A stretch of DNA of 64,000 bases. Source: the human T2T-CHM13v2.0 reference genome, Homo sapiens. A program made the position numbers and the translations under genes. Below the pieces are notes generated by a model. It ran no database searches and had not been told where the DNA came from. It saw only the letters and a program-made list of their open reading frames with translations. Positions 53,878 to 64,000 of the stretch are shown here, in pieces; positions within the stretch are counted from its first letter, which is position 1, and each line of letters starts with the position of its first letter. The stretch lies in assembly GCF_009914755.1 (NCBI RefSeq), contig NC_060930.1; one strand, given 5' to 3'.

Positions 53878-55355
53878 GAACAAAGCCAGAGGCCTCACAT
53901 AACCTGACTTCAAAAGATATTACAAGGCTATAGTAACTAAAACAGCATGGTATTAGCATAAAAATAGACACATACACCAATGAACAGAATAGAAAACCCA
54001 GAATTAAAGACACACATTTACAGCCAAGTGATTCTCAACAAAGCCAACAAGATCTTACATTGGGGGAAAACACCCTCTTCGATAAACGATGCTGGGAAAA
54101 TTGGATAGCCACATGAAGAATGAAACTGGACCCATGTCCCTTATCATGCACAAAAATTAACCCAAAATACATTACAGACTTAAATGTAAGACCCAAAACT
54201 ACAAAAAACAAACAAACAAAGAAAAACCTAGGTAAAACTCTCCTGGACCTTGGTCTAGGCAAAGAATTTGTGACTAAGACATCAAAAGCACAGGCAATAG
54301 AAACAAAAATAGCCAATGGAACTTAATTAAACTAAAAAGCTTCTGCACAACCAAAGAAATAATCAAGAGTGAAGAGACACCCTGTTGAATAGGAGAAAAT
54401 GTCTGGAGACTATTCATCCAACAGGAAATAATATCCAGAATATACAAGGAACTCAAACAACTCAATAACAACAACTAAATAATCCCACTAAAAAGCGAAC
54501 AAAGACATGAATAGACATTGCTTAAAAGAAGACATACAAATGGGTCACAGGTATGTGAAAAAATACTCAACATTACTAATCATAAGAGAAATGCAAATCA
54601 AAACCACAATGCGATAATCATTTTATCGAGTCAAAATGGCTATTTAAAAAAAGACAAAATAATAGATGCTGGTGAGGATGTGGAGAAAAGGAAACCCTTA
54701 TACACTGTTGGTAGGAATGTAAACCAGTACATCCCCTGTGGAAAGCAGCATGGAGATTTCTCAAAATCTAAAAATAGAATTACCATTTGACCCAGCAATG
54801 CCACTACTTGGTTTCTACCCAAGCAAAAAGAAATAAACTCATGAAAGGGATACCTGCACTTGCATGTTTATTGCAGTATTATTCACAATAGCAGAGATAT
54901 GAAATCAACCTAAGCATCCATCAGTGGATGAATGGATAAAGAAAATGTGGTATATATACACAATAGAATATTATATGACCATAAAAAAGAATGAAATCAT
55001 GCTATTTGCAGCAACATGGATGGAACTGGAGGCCATTATCTTAAGTGAAATAATCTATGCACAAAAAGACAAATATCACATGTTCTCACTTATATGTGGG
55101 AGCTAATAAATTTGATTACATGGAGGTAGAGAGTGGAAAGATAACAGAGACTGGTAAAAATGGGGAGGAGGATGAAGAGAAGTGGCTTAAAAGTGCAAAC
55201 ATACAGTTAAATAGAAGGATTAAATACAGTGTTTGATTGCAGAGTAGGGTGACTATAGTTAACAAAAATTTACTGTACTTTGACTTGATCACTCTGTCTT
55301 ATATACATGCAAGAGCATTTCACAAGTACCCCATAAATCTGTACAAATAAAAAAG
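53878..55355 (+). mobile_element. L1MA2/3-like ORF2 3' part and 3' UTR
   Basis: ORF2 pieces (MKLDPCPLSCTKINPKYITDLNVRPKT; DEWIKKMWYIYTIEYY) plus L1MA 3' UTR. Confidence 0.92.
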
Positions 55356-57363
55356 ACACAAACATTTGCTCCAGTGAGGATAAAATATGATAAGACGAAA
55401 GGTCTTTCCTTAAATAACAGTGTGAGCTAACCAGAGATTATCAACTTGATCATCTTTTTTCCCTCTGATATAGACCAACAAATGATTAGTTGTTTGTTGT
55501 TATATGGAAGCATATTATAATCAAACAGATACCATTGTCTGAATTTGCTGGTTTGGCTAGTCTAGTAATATACAATAAAAAAAAAAAAGAACTACAACTA
55601 GAAATTAGAATTCTAGCATTTCAAAAATGCCTTTTACATGCATTATTTTATTTATGCATCACAAACCCTAAACATTAAAGAAAACAGACCTTTCCTACCT
55701 ACCTTACACTACAGTAAGACACCAGGTGCTCACAGACACCAAGATTATTGTTTAAAGAAGTGTGTAAATATAAGCCTCCAGGACAGCTTATTCCTAGTTG
55801 GTTTTTATTTCAAGACATTATATGGGAGTTGGCAGTTATACATTATAGACATTTAATAAATATAAGTTCGATAAATAATATTATTAAGAATTTTTATTAA
55901 TAATTATTATCAAAATTATTATTCTTAATAATAAATTTCTGATACTTGGTGCTACAATTTCATTCAAATCCAATATGCTTACATGAGGTCTGCCTATTTG
56001 AAAGGTTTTTCATCCACAATAATAATAATTAAAGAAACCCTCAAATCAAGTGCAATGAAGGGTTTCTTTCCATGGAAAAAATTCTTTAAACTACACTCTA
56101 AATTCCACAATAAAGAAATGTCTCATTTCAAAAATCAATATTAGATTCTTCTCACAACAACAAAAGTACATTAATATTATGGAAAGTGCTCTTCAGAACT
56201 ATCAGATAGCAGAATCCTGGCATGTCATTGTTATTCTTTCTCCTTTGTCATCTTTAATGAGAAGTCCTTTTATATCACGATGTTATGTTTTAGAATATTG
56301 AAAACATATCAGACAATAGATAAAATATCATCTGGCTCTACAGTGAATCTTTTAGAATTTTTATTTTTAATGTGCTTAGATTCTGCATCTGTTAATTCCC
56401 AGTTGATTACTCAGAATTGTTTCTCCTGCCAAATACCAACTACCAAGTCTTTATTTTTATTTCTAAGTCCTGACGGTTCCTCTCCTAATAAACTAAGAAT
56501 ATGAAAACCTACAGAAGGAATTACAATTGCCCTACCTTACAGGATTGTGTCAAAGTTAATGAAATAATCAACTATTAAGTTCATTAATAGTTCATGACTT
56601 TCATAAGACAGGTATGACAATAAATGCAAAGTTTTACTCATCACACCAAAGTGTCATCATTTATGCTTTGTCAAAAATTAAAAATATGGCATAAAAACTT
56701 TCCTGAAATCAGCTGATTGTTCCTAAAAGAATGACTGTTGCTTTCATTTCTTGTACTGAAGTATATCCATTTACTATGACCTTTAATAATGGAGACTTTT
56801 TATTGGGTCACATAATATACTAGTATGTGTCATAATAGGCCCATTCTTGGCGCAGTGACTAGATGGAGCACATTTAGCTTGGCTACTGGACAGCCTTCAT
56901 CAGCGACTCATGATGCTCATCTCTACAGCCCAGAGGACATTTAAAGAACTAAATAAAGATATAGAAGGCGGCCCCTTCTCTCATCAGTAAGCCTTACCAT
57001 CTAAGGGACACTCTGGACATCGGAAGATTCCAAGTCGTCTCTTATGGTATAGAAATATTTGTAGAGAATTTTCGAAAGACGGATGATTTATTTCTGTCTT
57101 TCTCTCAAAACACCCCGGGGCCAGTACTTCATCACTATGTCTAGGCCTTGTATTGCCTAAAATAAGCATCCACTTACAAAATGGTGGTTTCTTCCTTTAT
57201 TTGGAAAGGAAAATTCTCTGAAACAACTTACCAAAGGCTTCATCTTCAATGGGGCCATCTATTAGTGACATAGTTGGGAAAAGCCAATTAATGCAAGGAT
57301 GGTGCATAACTGCAAATAAGCGCAATACAATATTATACAATACCTTGAATTACTCATTTCAAT

Positions 57364-57382
57364 TGGCCACTTGAGGGCGCCA
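57364..57382 (+). promoter_or_regulatory. CTCF-like motif
   Basis: TGGCCACTTGAGGGCGCCA versus consensus TGGCCACYAGRKGGCRCYA; one core mismatch (T for A); lies in unique DNA. Confidence 0.5.
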
Positions 57383-58417
57383 AAGCAGAAGCAATAAGAG
57401 TCCTTAGTCTTAGCACTTCAGAGAACTGCTTGCTTTCTCTACATTTCTGTTTACACAGATGGTCTTGCTTCAAACACCACTGCATGGTAAACAGTATCTT
57501 TAAAACTGGCAGATATGATAAGATGAATATTTTCTCATTCCTGCTTTTGGTTACTTCTAAACTGTGCAACAAAGCTAAGAGTTTGTGTTATCGCATGGAA
57601 ACACATTCCTTTATTCTCAGCATGAATTTCGCATGAAACCAAGACTTCCATCCAAACACACTGAACATAATTTAATTCATTTTCTTTCAAACTTCTTACT
57701 TCACCTTCAATTTTTTATGACTATTTCTTTCCCACTAGCATTTTTCTACTACTCTGACTCCATTGTACAATCAAGGATTTAAATTCCATTTGTTACATTA
57801 GTCTCAAAGCCATTTAAGTAACGACATAGCAGTCTGCTTGCTAGAATGCTATGGTGGATGCTTTAGTCTTCCTTCTTTTCAAGAGCCATGGTGCTTTGAA
57901 GCTTTAAGCTCTTATGTCTTTATGCTCTTTATGTCTTTATGATCTTTAAGTTCTTATGTCTCCATATTTTGATTATTTATTTACATATCTTTTCCTATTA
58001 AACTATGAGTTCTTTGAGTGCAAGAAATGGGCCTTAAATGTACCTTTCTGTCTTCTGTGTAAGCTCTCAATAATAGCTGGCTAAGTGAGAAAAGAAGAAC
58101 ATGATTCCTGATCTCAAGTAGAATTTAGTCTGATAGGGAACGTGAGTCAGGCACCTTGAAAAGTTAAATAATATTAAAGAAGTTAATACAATGTCAAAAT
58201 ATGAGTTGTCTACAGTGGTGTTGTCCAACAGAAACATAACTGAAAGTTTTCTAGTAGCTACATTAAAAAGGTAAAAGGTAACAAGTAAAAATAATTTTAA
58301 TAGTATATTTATTTAATCAAGTATACCCAAAATATTATCATTTCAACATTTGACTGATATAAAATATTTATTATGATATACTTCACATTTTTTGTCTTTG
58401 AAATTCAGTATGTATAT

Positions 58418-58825
<408 letters not shown>

Positions 58826-61800
58826 TAAAGGACAACTCAATTCAGACACAATATTTTCATCAGAAATACTTGATCTGTGCTGAGATTACTTACAATTTAC
58901 AATTGAAAAGTAGATTCACATGCTCAAGTTGTTCCAAATACATTTTAAAACTTTTCCAATAATTTGAGTACCAAAACATTATTTTTGTTTAATATTCATA
59001 TGCACATTGACAAAACTGGTTTGTTTTTTAAAAAGAATTGTTTAGACTTTGAAGCAAAATCATATACCTTTAAAACTATAGCTCCCCAAGTTAAGTAAAC
59101 TCACTAACTGTTAAGTCAACCGGTTATTAACATTGAATTCAGACTATTGTGTAAATTAAAAATCAACTCCTAATCAATCAATATCAACAAAGCATTCTTC
59201 ATGTTTTTCATGTAGTTTGTGCAGCCAATTTATATAAAACTGTCAATTACAATTAAAATCTTCTGAATACTGATTTATAAATATTTGTAAAATCTTTAGT
59301 ATTGTTTAGAAGTATAAAAAGGTTTAATTTCAACAGAAGTTCTCATGCATGTCTACCTAATCACAAATATGCTTTTTCTTTCTATTGGAGCTTCAAATTT
59401 ATATTATTCACATGTAGTGTGGTATCAGTGACAGAATATAAACCACATTGTCATTTCTTTTGTCTTTAATTATTAAATATATGGTAAACATTTATTAGTT
59501 TCAAGAAAATCTTGAATTGGAGTTAGCAGCACAGGAAATTTTGTAAAAAGTCTTCCATGACTTAATGCATGAGCTTTGGTCAAAGAACTTAAGATCATTA
59601 GAGTCCTAATCTCGTGTTTCTTTCAGCAGTCCTCTAAACTTGCAGTGATTCCTAGCATACACCCATATGTACTGAACAAGCATACCCATTAAATATTTCG
59701 AGGAGTCTGTCTGAAAAAACTGCATACATACTGTATGTATCATAGCACAGAATGAAAGAAGAAAGAAAAATTCTCGTTTTAAAATTCCAGTACACTAGAG
59801 CAGTTTCATCACAATAGAAATTATTTTTTTCATAATTAGCTTAAATTCTTCTTTGGAGATATGAAAGAATCAAAAATATCTATGCCGTGCAGTTGTGAAA
59901 CCACACTTCTTCATATCTTTGGAAGTAAATCCTTTGAGACAAAAGGCACCCACATTGCTAATTGAACACTATCTCTTCTATTGCAAGACTCAACTAAAGT
60001 GAAAAGAAAGTGCTTTCAATTTTTCCAATTTGGATTCATTAGATCATTGATACGGTTAGAAGGGTCTTGTATTATAAAGCAACTGTTCGGTTAATTAAGT
60101 GTAGATATTTCACTTTTTATAAAATACCTTTTTAAGGCTTTTCTGCAAGATTGGAGAACAGAAGTTCCATATCTGACACAGTGACTCCTTTTACATTCCT
60201 TCATCTAAAAATGGCTTTCTTTTTCATACAAATATACAAGCCATTTAATAGCTGGCCCTAGTTACAAGGTCAGATTTACTTAAACATTATAATATTTTCA
60301 TTGTGATGATTGGACTGTTCATCCTTATTTTTGCCAACTAATTTTTTTAATTCTTTTTTAACTTGTAACTGTTGAGAGGAAAGTTATTATTAAATTCACT
60401 GTGTATTTCCTGAAAATACATCTAAATATTATCCACTTTATTAACATAAAATCTTTTTTCACAACAGCTTTGAAAGCTTTTTAGGTTTTGCTCTGCCACA
60501 ACAAATTGCAATTGCCATTCATCATTGGGACATATCTTCTTCCAATTTCTGTCTCTCACTCTTTCTCTCTCTTCCAGTCTTCTGGGCATAGTGCTAGCTT
60601 CTGCAACTCTTGATTTTAAATCAGCAACATGCCTTCATTTTAAATCTAAAAATATATGTCCATACTTACTTTTTAACAAGAAAAATAATTTAATTATACT
60701 ACAATTAAAATATAATAGATATCCCCAACATAGTACCATAATTATACCTACCTTACAATTAGTTACTGTGACTTTGGCTGTCTGTCTCAACAACTCGAAT
60801 ACATTATACTGTTTTATCAGTGCTTAGAAAACATATTTGGAACTGAGTCAGTTCAGTGATATTGACTAGATGGATGATGCGTTTATCTAGAAATGAAGTC
60901 CATACCCCCATCCACCCTCACCTCACATACATTGTGATATAATAATGTTTTATGTGGTACAACAAAAAAATAAAATATTGTCCTACCAAAAAACAGAGTT
61001 GTGTTTAATAAAAAATGTTATTTGCATTGCTTCAGATTCTAAATTCGGAGATAAATTAATTAAAACTAAATAAAATAACAAACTCGATGTCTCAGTCATA
61101 GGAACCACATTTCTAGTGCTCAGTAGCCTCAGGTGGTGAGCAGCCTCCCAACTGAACAGTGCAGCTGTAGGCTGTGCATTCCCCAAGATTACGGGTTAAA
61201 CATAACATTTTTGTTGTCCACCATACCCAGCACATAAACAATTATGGATTGAATTTGGTATCCTATTGCCATACATGATTAAAGTGAGAACAAACATGTG
61301 TTTGCAAATGCTTCAAGTTCCTAAAGAAGACTTCGCAAAAGAATTGAGACTTTAACTGGTATTAAATATTTAAAGGCAAAAAGCAACAGAGAAAGTGCAC
61401 TTTAAGCAGCTAAGTAACAAACCAAAACAGAGCACAGATGGGAGAAGAATGAGGAAGGTAAAAATCTAGAACGTTAGATTGAGGTCAGGAGCAGAAAGCC
61501 AGAAGTGGACATTAGCCAGTTGGTAGTGCGGGACTTCTAAGAATTGTAAACAGGAAAGTTATTATGAAAGACACATTTTAGGACTTATCACGTTAGAGTG
61601 ATATTATTCTAAATTTTTTTTTAGGAGGATTCATCTGGCGACTCAGCAGGTTAGTGAAGAAAAAGTTAGAAGAATATTACCCTAAATCACGGTCAGGTGA
61701 TAAGGGTCTGCATTATGACAGCTGGAACTGAAGTGAATGAAATAAATGTGAGCACCACAAAGGAAGTCTCATCGGGGCTTGGCTGAATATAAAGAGAGGG

Positions 61801-61973
61801 AGGAATTAAAATGTGTTCTGTTTTTCATGTGGTAAGAAGGGATTGGTTTACAATTGTCCCAATGGTCCTTGTATCCCTGCTAAGGAAACATCATAATTAT
61901 TTATCTTTATTTCCCTTCCTACCAAATTAAGAAATCAAATTTGAAGAAAAACCATGGCTAATCACATATGTGA

Positions 61974-62249
<276 letters not shown>

Positions 62250-62494
62250 TGTGGAGGAGACTTCTGTACAATAGTGCACAGGGAGCTGGAGCGTTGAAGT
62301 TTTATGAGCCCACAAGTTATCTGAGGAATAAGGAAGGGGTCAAGAAAAATGACTCAGGAAGTAGTCTTCAAAAATGCACACAGTTCAGGAACTAAAAGAG
62401 AAAGGGAAATAAGAAAAGGAAGAGACCCAGAAAAATGTTGTGCTATGGCGGTCCAACCAGGAAAAAAAAAAGTGTCGTAAAAAGGAAAAAATTG

Positions 62495-63092
<598 letters not shown>

Positions 63093-64000
63093 CTGTCAAT
63101 AGTTTAAAAAAGCATTGGTATACCAGTAAGGGGCTTACAACTTTGTTTTTTTAGACTACAGTTTTTCAGTTTGTGGTCTTTTAGCAATATTTGCTGATAT
63201 TTTTCTGTCCTGGCTAATTTTTTTTCAAATGTAATTCTAAGTACTTATCAATTTGTAAATATACATTGTTCTCTTTCTTAATGAATAAAAGGTAATCTCT
63301 CCAACTCCAATCTTAAACTTTTAAGTTATATGAAAAATTTATACATTTTATGTGCTTCATGAAAAAATATGAATTTTTACCATCTACTAGAATTAAAATA
63401 CCTTAGAAGTAGAAAGTACTTATTTTATTCTCCACACATCCTTAAATAGCCCATGCAATTACAAAGTAGTTAGTAAGTATATGAACTAAACAAAAATGAT
63501 TCATATATGAGTACCAATATATAAATATATGCATCCTGAAACAGGTTACCATTGACTTCTGAAGAAGAATGTGTAATTCTATCAACCATTCAGGTCTACA
63601 TCATTTTTTTATTCTTAGCTGTACCACAGGAGACTAAACCAATAAATACAGCAATTTTTAAAATCAATTCACCTGGTATTCAAGGTTTTAATTGTACTTT
63701 CTTCTCTTCTATAGCTATTGCTACAAATGTTTAAAGAGTCAAATGAAAAGATTACATTGAATTAAACAGTAAATTCATTTTAAAATACAGAAAAAATACA
63801 ATACTATTGAAATGTCATATAAATTATTTTACATCTGGTGAAATAAAATATTACAGAATATTATAAATGGAGACACACAAAGCCAGATACATATGTTAAA
63901 AAAAAATTATGTATGGACTAATAGATAGGAAATCATGCTAAAATGACCACACCCTGTATGTTTAAGTATGTTGGAACTAGGTAGGGTTTTTTCATCTTTT

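Overview
AT-rich primate (very probably human) genomic DNA, roughly half interspersed repeats, with no intact protein-coding gene, rRNA, tRNA or CRISPR array that I can recognise. Securely identifiable elements: about 18 Alu copies or fragments, L1 fragments of many ages (L1PA3 to L1ME), a solo LTR12C (ERV9) with a 4-bp TSD, THE1D-like and LTR18-like solo LTRs, a full-length decayed Hsmar2 mariner, a near full-length Charlie5/MER33-type hAT element, a Tigger1 5' fragment, a MADE1 hairpin MITE, MIRs and microsatellites. All long ORFs in the track come from repeats. The most interesting unexplained signal is in the unique DNA between repeats. A series of + strand segments with canonical splice sites, compatible phases and protein-like reading frames broken by isolated stops or frameshifts (densest at 30.1-33.7 kb) suggests a decayed multi-exon gene. 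One of its putative exons is split by the Hsmar2 element, and the sense-oriented LTR12C promoter lies just upstream. This is a hypothesis read by eye; I cannot name the gene, and AT-rich DNA produces pseudo-exons by chance. The window also shows several unusual insertion or repair scars: an inverted, truncated Alu inside a single TSD, a tail-less Alu with a TSD, and two locally templated insertions (84 bp and ~111 bp). Subfamily names come from recalled consensus features, not from a RepeatMasker run.
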